A DNA stretch of 63,986 nt, the filler included, from Octopus bimaculoides (lineage: Eukaryota), in NCBI RefSeq assembly GCF_001194135.2. It is 6 parts of 6 records of this genome, joined end to end, with 100 filler letters (N's around TTAATTAATTAA, not from the genome) between each part and the next. Parts side by side here need not be neighbours in the genome. Positions count along the whole stretch, not along the records: positions 32,277 to 56,319 come from NC_069008.1; positions 56,420 to 60,937 come from NC_068991.1; 4 more parts are not named here. The stretch is one strand, 5' to 3'. The notes below the pieces were generated by a model. That model worked only from the letters and a program-made list of their open reading frames with translations, had not been told where the DNA came from and did not search any database. Shown piece after piece: positions 51,264-60,471 of the stretch (its first letter is position 1; each line of letters opens with the position of its first letter). Position numbers and translations under genes: made by a program.

Positions 51264-54200
51264 CATTCTAAGGTGGTGATCTGGCAGAATGGTTAGCACA
51301 CTGGACGAAATGGTTAGCGGCATTTCGTTGTTACTACGTTCTGAGTTTGAATTCCGCCGAGGTTGACCTTGCCTTTCATCCTTTCGGGATCGATTTAATA
51401 AGTACCAGTTACACACTGGGGTCGATGTAACTGACTTAATCCCCTCCCCGCAGAATTTCAGGCTTTGTGCCTGTGTTGGAAAGGATTTTTAATAACCACC
51501 ACCACCACCACCACCAACACAACTACCACCACCACCACCGCTCTGCCCCTGCCCCCTCGTCTCACCTGTCGCTTCTGTTCTGTCTCAGCCATTGCTATGT
51601 CGGTTGTCGTCTTCTCCACGGCCCTCATCAAAAGCTTGATGTCTCCTCCAACCTCTTGTTTGGTCTGCTTCAGGTAGAACCTGTGGATTTCCATGTTCTC
51701 CACGTCTTGCCTCAGGCTGTTGGCTGCAATCAAGGTCACACAACATAATGTCACAAACCATCATCATCATCATCATCGCCACCATCATATCACAGGTCTG
51801 CTGAATCAGGACTGACCTAGCACTAAACAACAACAACAACAACAACAACAATGGACACATTGGATTACGTAGTCCTAGATCAGCGGTTCCCGACCCTTTT
51901 ATTTAAGTGAGGTTTCCCATGGACCCCTTTTAATATGCTTATCCTTATGTATACTAGGTCTGATCAATAAGTATCCGGACTGTTGCCATAGTAACGAAGC
52001 TAAAGCCCACAGAGTGGAACCGCTTGGCACAAGTTGACCTTGGACTCTGCTGTGCATGTGTACTAAGTTTTAAAATTTCTAGCTCAGTTCCACTGTTTAC
52101 AGCAGTGCTTGGAAGAAAGGTGTGTAGCGTGTGATTGTCACATTGGCCATGACAGGAAGAGTTGAGCAGAGAATCTGCATCAAATTTTACCAAAAGCTTG
52201 GCGATACCTGCTCAGAGGCCTACGCAAAGTTTTCAAAATGCTTTTATTGTTCTCAACACAATCAAGGAGATCTGAAACCCGAGTGTCTTTTTGGTCAGCT
52301 GAAAGCAGTTTTGGTACAAACTTGGCAGACGCGCGTCTCATACCCAAATCTTCAGTGATAATGGACTGCACTGAACCGTAACTAATCTGCACATCCTCTC
52401 ATAACTCACGGATGGTGATTCAACGATTTCCCCTCACACCTACAGGCGCATCTGTGATGCTTTTCTCAGTTCTGCTGGTTAAGGGTTTCCCAGAACATTC
52501 GTCAAATCTCAACATTTTTTATGGCCATCTTAGAAACGTCTGGACCACTCATACACTTGGGTGCGGCTCATACATTCCTCTCCATACACTTTCTGCAACT
52601 TTGCGTAGACCTCTGAGCAGGTGTCGCCATGACAACTGCTTTTGTCGTGGTCAATGCGACGATCACATGCTACACACCTTCCTTCCAAGCACTGCTGTAA
52701 TCAACGGATGTGAGCTAGAACGTTAAAACTTAGTGCACATGCACAGTAAAGTCCAAGGTCAGTCTGTGCCATGTGGCTTCACTCTGCATGTTTTAGCTTC
52801 GTTACCATGGCAAATCTCGTATATATAAATATGAAATTTTGAATTTAGTTCACAGACCCCTAGTCCAACCACCAGGGTCAGCGGAACCCCAGGTTGGTAA
52901 CCACTGACCTAGATACACTGTGCCCAAATAAAAGTTGAGGAAGATCATGGCCGAAATGCCATGAAGTACCAAACCATGTTTTCTGCTGAGTATTAACTCG
53001 CTCTGAGACGACGAACAGATCTGCTTGGTGTTCTTCACGAGGGCCTCTTCCCGATAACGAACCCCTTTAAACGTGGTGTACTTGTCCTGTTCTTCCTCCA
53101 GGTGCATCTGCTTACTGGCCAGTTCCTGTTGCAGACCGTACAAATGCACGCCGACATCCTCTTTCTCCTGCTTCAACAGTTTCAGGGGTTTGGTCTGTCG
53201 AGAAACAACGAAAATGATAATGGAAGCTTGGGAAACATCGTAGAATTCTTGACAACAACAACGATAACAACATCAGCAATAACAACATCAACAACAAACC
53301 AATAAGGTGAGGCTCTCTATATAGAGCCATTCCCCAACTATTAGAAATAGAAGCCAAAACACTATGAAATCACACTCTAGTGTCTTGTGCACTACGGTGT
53401 GATTTCATAGTGTCCAACTGCAAGTGTCTTTTACCATAGCCTCTGGCTGACCAAAGCCATCCAAGTGGATTTCACAGACAGAAACTGAAAGAATCTTATC
53501 ATATATATATATATANNNNNNNNNNNNNNNNNNNNNNNNNNNNNNNNNNNNNNNNNNNNNNNNNNNNNNNNNNNNNNNNNNNNNNNNNNNNNNNNNNNNN
53601 NNNNNNNNNNNNNNNNNNNNNNNNNNNNNNNNNNNNNNNNNNNNNNNNNNNNNNNNNNNNNNNNNNNNNNNNNNNNNNNNNNNNNNNNNNNNNNNNNNNN
53701 NNNNNNNNNNNNNNNNNNNNNNNNNNNNNNNNNNNNNNNNNNNNNNNNNNNNNNNNNNNNNNNNNNNNNNNNNNNNNNNNNNNNNNNNNNNNNNNNNNNN
53801 NNNNNNNNNNNNNNNNNNNNNNNNNNNNNNNNNNNNNNNNNNNNNNNNNNNNNNNNNNNNNNNNNNNNNNNNNNNNNNNNNNNNNNNNNNNNNNNNNNNN
53901 NNNNNNNNNNNNNNNNNNNNNNNNNNNNNNNNNNNNNNNNNNNNNNNNNNNNNNNNNNNNNNNNNNNNNNNNNNNNNNNNNNNNNNNNNNNNNNNNNNNN
54001 NNNNNNNNNNNNNNGAAGATGAGGGTGAGGTGTGAGACACTACTTACAACTTCCAGCAGCTCCAGCTTGGTCTTCTCCATCATCTTCGTTAGGTAATTCT
54101 TCAACGACGTTTGGAACCTGATCATCTTCGGCTGAGATGAGAGAAAGCGAGAAAGGGAGATGTCACATGTCGGTCATTTCGATGGGGGGGAAAAAAAAGG

Positions 54201-54956
54201 AAAAAGGAGGGCCATTTCAGTATCGATAATATATCACATGGCATTAGATGTGTGTGTGTGTGTGTGTGTTTATGTGTGTGTGTGTGTGTGTTTATGTGTG
54301 TGTGCGTGTGTGTGTTTGGCGTAACTGGCCCATTAAAAGCACCGTTCAAACGTTGAAGTGAAACAATAGTCCTGGCACGTAACAAGAACAGTCCACTTAC
54401 ATGATCAGGATCCAAGATAAGAAATGTGTGTTCTTCATCAGCCGGGGTTGGTTCATCCTGCAAGATGCTGCTGTCTGCCGAGGTGGTCGTGTACATTGTG
54501 TCAGTCGCTGTCGGAAAATAAATAAAAAAAAAACAAAAACAACAATCAGAATATACATACATGTTTTTTATTCTTTTATTTTTTTACTTCTTTCAGTCAT
54601 TTGACTGTAGCCATGCTGGAGCATCGCTTCTAGTTGAACAAATCGACCCCAGGACTTATTCTTTGTAAGCCTAGTACTTATTCTATCGGTCTCTTTTGCC
54701 GAACTGCTAGGTTACGGGGACATAAACACACCAGCATCGGTTGTCAAGCAATGGTGGGGGACAAACTTGTTTTTTGTATGTATAATATAGGCGCAGGAGT
54801 GGCTGTGTGGTAAGTAGCTTCCTTAACAACCACATGGTTCCGGGTTCAGTCCCACTGCATGTCACCTTGGGCACGTATCTTCTACCATAGCCTCGGGCTG
54901 ACCAAAGCTTTATGAGTGGATTTAGTAGACGGAAACTGAAAGAAGCCCATTGTATG

Positions 54957-55010
<54 letters not shown>

Positions 55011-55965
55011 CGTATGATTGTGTGTCTGTGTTTGTTCCACCACTATCACTCGACAACCGATNNNNNNNNNNNNNNNNNNNNNNNNNNNNNNNNNNNNNNN
55101 NNNNNNNNNNNNNNNNNNNNNNNNNNNNNNNNNNNNNNNNNNNNNNNNNNNNNNNNNNNNNNNNNNNNNNNNNNNNNNNNNNNNNNNNNNNNNNNNNNNN
55201 NNNNNNNNNNNNNNNNNNNNNNNNNNNNNNNNNNNNNNNNNNNNNNNNNNNNNNNNNNNNNNNNNNNNNNNNNNNNNNNNNNNNNNNNNNNNNNNNNNNN
55301 NNNNNNNNNNNNNNNNNNNNNNNNNNNNNNNNNNGTGTTTACGTCCCCGTAACTTATCGGTTCGGCAAAAAGAGACCGATAGAATAAGTATTAGGCTTAC
55401 AAAGAATAAGTCCCGGGGTCAATTTGTTCAACGAAAGGCAGAGGCTCCAGCATGGCCGCAGTCAAATGACTGAAACAAATAAAAAAAATAAAAGAGTGTG
55501 TGTGTGTATGGTGATGCTGCTGATGATGGCAGTTGTCGTATTGACGACGATGACAACGGCGGTGACAATGGTGGTGGGGTGGACGATGATGATGATCAAG
55601 AAGAGAAAGAAATAGGGGCGGCGAGCCGGCAGAAACGTTAGCACGCCGGGCGAAATGCTTAGCGGTATTTCGTCTGCCTCTACGTTCTGAGTTCAAATTC
55701 CGCCGAGGTCTACTTTGCCTTTCATCCTTTCGGGGATCAATAAAATAAGTACCAGTTACGCACTGGAGTCGATATAATCGACTTAATCCGTTTGTCCATC
55801 CTTGTTTGTCCCTTCTATGTGTAGCCCCTTGTGGGCAGTAGAGAAATAAAGAAATAAGAAGAGAAACAAAGCCCCAAATATATGCGGCGACTTACAGGGT
55901 TCCGTCTGCACTGAGGCCTTCGACACCTGGTTGACACTGTCAACCACATTGGGGAAGTCCTCCAT
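39327..55965 (-). CDS. CCDC40: Coiled-coil domain-containing protein 40 (FAP172 orthologue), 17 coding exons, 2775 nt, 924 aa
   Basis: All 16 introns GT-AG with consistent phases and no internal stop. Motifs [66 protein letters not shown] match recalled human LVVLDPDHPLMVRFQ, GVNLYEVQQHL, QWASSLVGMKHRDEAH, EVGPLELEI, TEIRAMKGEIHRMKVR. Confidence 0.95.
39755..40110. mobile_element. Tail-to-tail inverted pair of family C SINEs in the last CCDC40 intron
   Basis: + copy 39755-39900, - copy 39915-40110. Confidence 0.8.
40342..40500 (-). CDS. CCDC40: CCDC40 coding exon 16 ([11 protein letters not shown]...STNLKYR)
   Basis: ttaacag / GTAACT, 159 nt, phase 0-0. Confidence 0.9.
40575..40964 (+). mobile_element. 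3' fragment of an R4/Dong-type non-LTR retrotransposon (restriction-like endonuclease domain), frameshifted
   Basis: HNRPDIVLW...[16 protein letters not shown] / [30 protein letters not shown]; PD-(D/E)xK-type REL pattern; one frameshift and in-frame stops. Confidence 0.75.
41095..41232 (+). mobile_element. Second, more diverged REL-domain fragment
   Basis: [24 protein letters not shown] parallels [22 protein letters not shown] of the 40575 fragment. Confidence 0.55.
41650..41764 (-). CDS. CCDC40: CCDC40 coding exon 15 (RDNIDTLGD...KKIKQIQK)
   Basis: aatttcag / GTGAGT, 115 nt, phase 2-0. Confidence 0.9.
42414..42602 (-). CDS. CCDC40: CCDC40 coding exon 14 ([11 protein letters not shown]...DTERFLS)
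   Basis: ttgttgcag / GTAAGA, 189 nt, phase 2-2. Confidence 0.93.
43751..43842 (-). CDS. CCDC40: CCDC40 coding exon 13 ([10 protein letters not shown]...LLQNIVET)
   Basis: ttctcctgccag / GTGAGT, 92 nt, phase 0-2. Confidence 0.92.
43870..44490 (+). repeat. Tandem array of five ~125-135 bp units of a dispersed repeat 3' end (atgtagtcctagatacact...taaacaacaa)
   Basis: Units start near 43872, 43995, 44126, 44256, 44389; related single copies at 49185, 51790/52907, 6620(-), 15590. Confidence 0.85.
44505..44674 (-). CDS. CCDC40: CCDC40 coding exon 12 ([12 protein letters not shown]...KDFIATLK)
   Basis: gtcccaacag / GTACGG, 170 nt, phase 1-0. Confidence 0.92.
45487..45700 (-). CDS. CCDC40: CCDC40 coding exon 11 ([11 protein letters not shown]...QKKIRTE)
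   Basis: ttttctttcag / GTAAGT, 214 nt, phase 0-1. Confidence 0.95.
45772..46155. mobile_element. Inverted pair of family B SINE heads separated by (CA)/(TA)n
   Basis: + copy 45772-45925, - copy 45995-46155. Confidence 0.85.
46435..46680 (-). CDS. CCDC40: CCDC40 coding exon 10 ([10 protein letters not shown]...EQLINKAG)
   Basis: ttttactcaccag / GTAAGT, 246 nt, phase 0-0. Confidence 0.92.
46816..47033. mobile_element. Mariner-derived MITE (218 bp) with TA TSD; truncated second copy at about 47064-47205
   Basis: TIRs cgagggggtgccgaaaagttcc / agaacttttcaacacccccttg; internal aagtgtgtgaat...ggaatatgttgaa resembles the mariner transposase C-terminus (KCV...GEYVE). Confidence 0.8.
47565..47747 (-). 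CDS. CCDC40: CCDC40 coding exon 9 (FKSNMEDML...RIVIEQL)
   Basis: ttcgttgtacag / GTAAGA, 183 nt, phase 0-0. Confidence 0.92.
48075..48465 (-). mobile_element. tRNA-derived SINE family D
   Basis: Reverse-complement head tggcccggtggttagggcagcggactcgcgg...gtttcgattcc (A and B boxes); body recurs at 41930-42035 and 38935-39130. Confidence 0.75.
48554..48797 (-). CDS. CCDC40: CCDC40 coding exon 8 ([18 protein letters not shown]...LLRTNA)
   Basis: ctccattccag / GTGAGA, 244 nt, phase 2-0. Confidence 0.95.
48803..49180. repeat. ~380-nt GA-rich polypurine/polypyrimidine tract
   Basis: Almost pure purines on + strand. Confidence 0.9.
49458..49561 (-). CDS. CCDC40: CCDC40 coding exon 7 ([34 protein letters not shown])
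   Basis: tctttgtcag / GTAAGT, 104 nt, phase 0-2. Confidence 0.95.
50617..50757 (-). CDS. CCDC40: CCDC40 coding exon 6 ([10 protein letters not shown]...DAELQLS)
   Basis: ttgccaacag / GTGAGT, 141 nt, phase 0-0. Confidence 0.95.
51271..51485 (+). mobile_element. SINE family A
   Basis: ggtggtgatctggcagaatggttagc...ttctgagtttgaattccgccgaggttgacc...taagtaccag. Confidence 0.85.
51566..51723 (-). CDS. CCDC40: CCDC40 coding exon 5 ([17 protein letters not shown]...ETEQKRQ)
   Basis: ttgattgcag / GTGAGA, 158 nt, phase 1-0. Confidence 0.93.
51982..51995. promoter_or_regulatory. RFX X-box motif GTTGCCATAGTAAC inside the mariner arm
   Basis: Fits GTYNCY-AT-RGNAAC; function untested. Confidence 0.4.
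52801..52814. promoter_or_regulatory. Near-consensus X-box GTTACCATGGCAAA in the opposite mariner arm
   Basis: One mismatch to GTTACCATGGCAAC; function untested. Confidence 0.35.
52975..53194 (-). CDS. CCDC40: CCDC40 coding exon 4 ([25 protein letters not shown]...LSRKH)
   Basis: tttctcgacag / weak donor GTTTGG, 220 nt, phase 0-1, phase matches the next exon. Confidence 0.9.
54048..54131 (-). CDS. CCDC40: CCDC40 coding exon 3 ([28 protein letters not shown])
   Basis: ctcatctcag / GTAAGT, 84 nt, phase 0-0. Confidence 0.95.
54401..54507 (-). CDS. CCDC40: CCDC40 coding exon 2 (TDTMYTTT...[12 protein letters not shown])
   Basis: ttccgacag / GTAAGT, 107 nt, phase 1-0. Confidence 0.88.
54790..55490 (+). 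mobile_element. SINE family B (gap in the middle); inverted tail copy at 54590-54745
   Basis: ggcgcaggagtggctgtgtggtaagtagc...aagaagccc, tail gtgtttacgtccccgtaactt...atgactgaaac. Confidence 0.85.
55613..55860 (+). mobile_element. Young near full-length SINE family A
   Basis: ggggcggcgagccggcagaaacgttagc...gagttcaaattccgccgagg...aataaagaaataagaa; many CpGs intact. Confidence 0.88.
55896..55965 (-). CDS. CCDC40: CCDC40 first visible coding exon ([23 protein letters not shown]); exon extends to acceptor at 55998
   Basis: ttttactttcag acceptor, GTAAGT donor, phase 1 matches the next exon; not conserved at protein level and start codon tentative. Confidence 0.65.
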
Positions 55966-56363
55966 GCTGTCTGTACTCCAAGCAAACAACACACGGTTCT
56001 GAAAGTAAAAAAACCCAAAAAAACATACAATTGATAGCAAATCTTTTGTTTAAATATCTTCAAGATGTGATGTCGAAATGGAAGCCCAAGTTGCCTCTCA
56101 CCCGTGTAAAGATATATATATATATATATATACATATATACATATATATATATATACATATATATATACATATACATACATATATATATATACATATATA
56201 TATACATATATATATATACATATATATATACATATATATATATACATATATATATACATATATATATACATATATATATATACATATATATATACATATA
56301 TATATATACATATATATATNNNNNNNNNNNNNNNNNNNNNNNNNNNNNNNNNNNNNNNNNNNN

Positions 56364-56375
56364 TTAATTAATTAA
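56364..56375. other. Artificial scaffold linker in N gap
   Basis: TTAATTAATTAA between N runs. Confidence 0.9.
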
Positions 56376-56437
56376 NNNNNNNNNNNNNNNNNNNNNNNNN
56401 NNNNNNNNNNNNNNNNNNNTATATATATATATATATA

Positions 56438-56480
<43 letters not shown>

Positions 56481-57329
56481 TTATATATGTATATATACAT
56501 ATCGATACATATTGGGAAACCTAAACAGATTAATCTTAAATAAAACAAGACATGATTCGAAGTGAGATCACAGTATAAGAAGACGGTACTCTGAAAACCA
56601 TATCATCTATTGCTCATCCATTTTTACAATTCTTCCACTATTGTAAAAATAATAATATATTATGGTTTGGTTCCAGTTTATTCTCTGCCATCTGTTTAAT
56701 AGGTTCGCAGCATATCTCGATGACCAAGTTCAGCTATGAAAATGGATTTCTTTCATTATAGGGATTTCTTTCTGCTTAAAGGAATTAACCTAATTAGATT
56801 TGGTTAAGTCTATGATTTTTTCCAAATACTATGATTCTCATAATTACGATAATGGCGTTTTAATTTGAATAAAGTTATTATTGTAATAAACCCATTAGAA
56901 CAAATATCTGATGGCGAAGGCAGTGTGTAAGGATAAAAATGTTAGTTACGTAACACAATATTGATCGCTTGAATTAACTCTTTATAAGAGAGTTGTGGGT
57001 TAGTGAATTAAAACGAATAACAATTAACAGTGCAATTTGAACACCCTGTTCTTAAAAGACTGTAACATAGACCTTGAAGACAAGAGCATTTCATAATGAA
57101 AAATAATTATTCCCCTAAATTTTATGTGCAGGAATTTATTCATGCGAAGTAGGTTGAAATTAATCATGGTTTTCATTCTATAAAATTTGGTTGCTGGCGG
57201 ATAGCGTTTAATATTACTGATAACGAGATGTCACACTATGTTGATCGATTGCTAATCGCTGGTGTTCGGTTTATAATTGATCATATGATGTATGTGTGTC
57301 GATCTCCAAGCTTGTCTCGGAAGTACATA

Positions 57330-58200
57330 CAATGCTGCTGTTTTCTCTGTAGTAGTGAAATATGAGGTACTACGTTGTTGTAGGCGATATTGTGTAGCCG
57401 CTCTGTCAGCCCCATATAGCCATACTGTCTTTTCATGACTTCAGTATCCTATACTATGTATTTCTCAAGGTGTTTTCCCTCTAGAGAAACACATTAAAAA
57501 TACTTTGAGAAATACCTTTAACAACTCTATGTTGGCTACTGTGACAACAATAGTTCTGCATGATGATCTTTGATAACAGAAGTATTGCTCTACGTGGAAT
57601 GGAAGTTCACTTATACATGAAACAATTGGTCCATTTATTCCAGTTCGGGAAATGGTTCTTGGTAGAAGCAAAGCTTCTAGCTACTCTAGTTTTATTCTGT
57701 AGATTTTAAAGTGGTATAAAATGAAAGAAAAGAAAGACATATTGTTATGTTTAAATATATTGGCCCTGATTAGACAGATAAACCGACAGACAAGAAAACG
57801 CAGTCTTAGCTTACAAACTAACAAACTGAAAACAAAGTAAACACTAAAATATAAATATAAATTGCTTGTATATAGTTAGAAGATTAACGAGAAATAGCTG
57901 CCAGACAAACCTGGAATCACATCTTTCTACCTTTAAAAGGAAGGACACATCGGATAAAGTTGTTGTTTAGCTCCAAGTCAGATGAAGCTGTCCGTGTTTT
58001 TGCAAATCGAGGATCACGCTGTTGGTTATGTTCTTTGTCCTTAAAGAGAGCACTGTGTGATCTGAGAGAGATCTTGCTGCTAAATGTAGCAAGACGGATA
58101 ATCATGTTGAAAGTCTGTCGTATGTTTACAATAGATAAAGTATTTCTAAACAGGATGGGCACTGTTACAACACCATTTCCAGGTGTTTTGTCAATAACGA
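57330..58200 (-). mobile_element. Fossil Penelope-like retroelement (RT C-terminus, linker, GIY-YIG endonuclease)
   Basis: Minus-strand fragments in the expected order: IIRLATFSS; HFIPL*NLQNKTRVARSFASTKNHFP (cf. WFNPPYSxxVKTNIGxxFxxLIDKHFP); GKHLEKYIV*DTEV...YMGLTE...YNN (cf. GxCLxxxIVYxAxV...YIGLTE...YNNH). Multiple stops and frameshifts. Confidence 0.55.
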
Positions 58201-60360
58201 TTATAAAAACTCTTCTAGTCTTTATTGGTGTATATTGACATGTGTATCTCGGTCTGTGTGTTAAATACATTTATTAACATTCTGCACCAAGCTGATGTCA
58301 TGAGAGAATAAGAAAAAAAAACAAGCGTTACCTATCTTTTATAAATGTCACATTTAGACATTGGAAATAATTTTAAGCATTTGTTCCCTGTTAGATATGT
58401 GTCCCTGATAAAAGACGGTTGTATAAAACACAAAAATATCATGTGGCTTTTATACAAGCATTAAACGTAACGGATTGATTGATCGACTTACTATATCACA
58501 CATTAAGGGATTATGTCTCCAGTATCATTTCCATCCTTATTATAGACAATCAGAATTAAAGCATTCCACATTTAGACATAATAAACATTTCTTACGTAGT
58601 CACAATCCCCACTTTGAAGGTTAAATGATACAGGACTCAATCAACCACAGTATTTTACTTGTATTTATTTTATCGTTTCAGATAGAATGAATGGCTAAGT
58701 CAATCTCGGTGGGATTTCAAATAATAATGTAACGTGACGTAAATAAACGTAAGCTACTTTGCATTTTCTTCTGCCCATTATCTTTCAGTGAAGATTTCTA
58801 AATTTGGTTGAAGGTCATACATTTTAGAAGAGAAATGTACTCAGGTTTAATGACACCACCCTTACTACATGACTGGCACACGTTTTATCAACTGGAGAGT
58901 ATGAAAGTAAAATTCGATCCTGGTGAGATTTGAATTTAAACTAGGGATGTTAACAAATACTAACAAGGCAATTAGTTCAGCGCCCTGCTGATTCTGTAAT
59001 CAACAACCTCCAATATTAATTAAAATATGAGTCTTTGCGTTGGTACAAGGACACAATTTGAAATGAGAGATATATTTAATTAAATTAATTGCAGTATGCA
59101 ACTAACATCTATTTTACTATCACAGAGTAAACGCAGAACGCTAAAAGATTTTAATTAAATTCTATAGAACAGTGTTTCGTACCCTAGGTGACTGTACCTC
59201 CTTGAGGGCTTTGTTAACTCGCAAGGAGAAAACAAATGTTAAGGAGCGCTACGTGGCGTAGAGTGTTGAGGTTGTTCTTAAAAAACAAAAACTAGGTACA
59301 ATACTTTTATTTTAAGCACATTCTCAGTTCTATTCCTTTCAAATATAATACCTCAAGCACAGAGATATATATATGTATATGTGTGTGTGTGTATGTATGT
59401 ATGTATGTATGTATCATATATCTAACTGACTAACCAACAAACGAACCAACCAACCGACCAACCAACCAACAAACGAACCAACCGAAGAACAGACCGACCA
59501 AACAAAATGACTGACTGACTGATGATATAGTGTAGTCAGTAATACATTGTTACTTAGTGTTCCATGAGGGAGTAAAAAAATCCTAATCAAACATCAGGAC
59601 ACTGACTCGTTAAAAGTAGCACAAATATATTGCACTACCTTGTCTGGAATGGAACATTTCCTTCAAATTTTACCAAATATTAAAGTAGAGAAAGAATAAT
59701 TAAAGCAGCTGGGAGAATGTCGGAGATTATCCTGCGATAGAAAAAAAGTAGTGTATGTCACTAAAAGTGATATTCATTGCGAAAGTAGAAGAGTAAAGTT
59801 CAATGAATTGTGTGAAAAAAAAGGTATAATAAAGCAAAATGAATCGAGAGTATCGCAGAAATCAATGTTAGTCTGCTTAATATGGGACGGTTATGCAGTA
59901 CCAAAATCTTAACATGTATTTTAAGATATGGAGGAATTTCCTAAAGAAAAAAAATACATTTCCATCTTCTGTGTAAGCATTTACTAGATTGTATTAACCT
60001 TTTCGCAGCTGTACATAGTTTTCTCGTCCGATACCCCTTAATGTATGATCAAATACTCTGATGTGAAAGTCAAGATCATGCTTTCAGTAAGAGGCGGATG
60101 TAAATCGATGCTTTTGCATTCATCAGCTTGCTGTGTCTGGAGGATGTATAGCTGAGGTGAATCTATCACCATTAATAATTTGACGTTTGCGCTCTATAGT
60201 GTAGTTTAGTTTAGTAGAAATGACGTTTGCTTCACTCATATTCGCCTCTGCATTGGTTTGGTGAGCAAGCATTGACATTTATGCGTATGCATTGATGCTC
60301 TGTTAATTTAGTTGGTTCCGGTTTGATATCTTTTATATTTGGTGTATAGATGTACTTCGT

Positions 60361-60376
60361 TACACACACACACACA

Positions 60377-60469
<93 letters not shown>
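60361..60469. repeat. (CA)n microsatellite
   Basis: Directly visible. Confidence 0.97.

Positions 60470-60471
<2 letters not shown>

Larger units (their letters stand above)
51954..52819. mobile_element. Fold-back mariner derivative: two transposon 5' ends in inverted orientation, TA at both ends
   Basis: + arm encodes [27 protein letters not shown]; - arm encodes [24 protein letters not shown] (WVPxxL-type linker); arms are reverse complements over more than 250 bp. Confidence 0.85.
51881..52906. mobile_element. hAT-like MITE with 8-bp TSD, interrupted by a mariner derivative
   Basis: TIRs cagcggttcccgacc / ggttggtaaccactg; TSD tcctagat (51873-51880) and acctagat (52907-52914). Confidence 0.8.

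Noticed and set aside
57917-58270. 117-aa ORF as a host gene or upstream CCDC40 exon
   Set aside because: Better explained as part of the Penelope-like fossil; no compatible splice donor identified.
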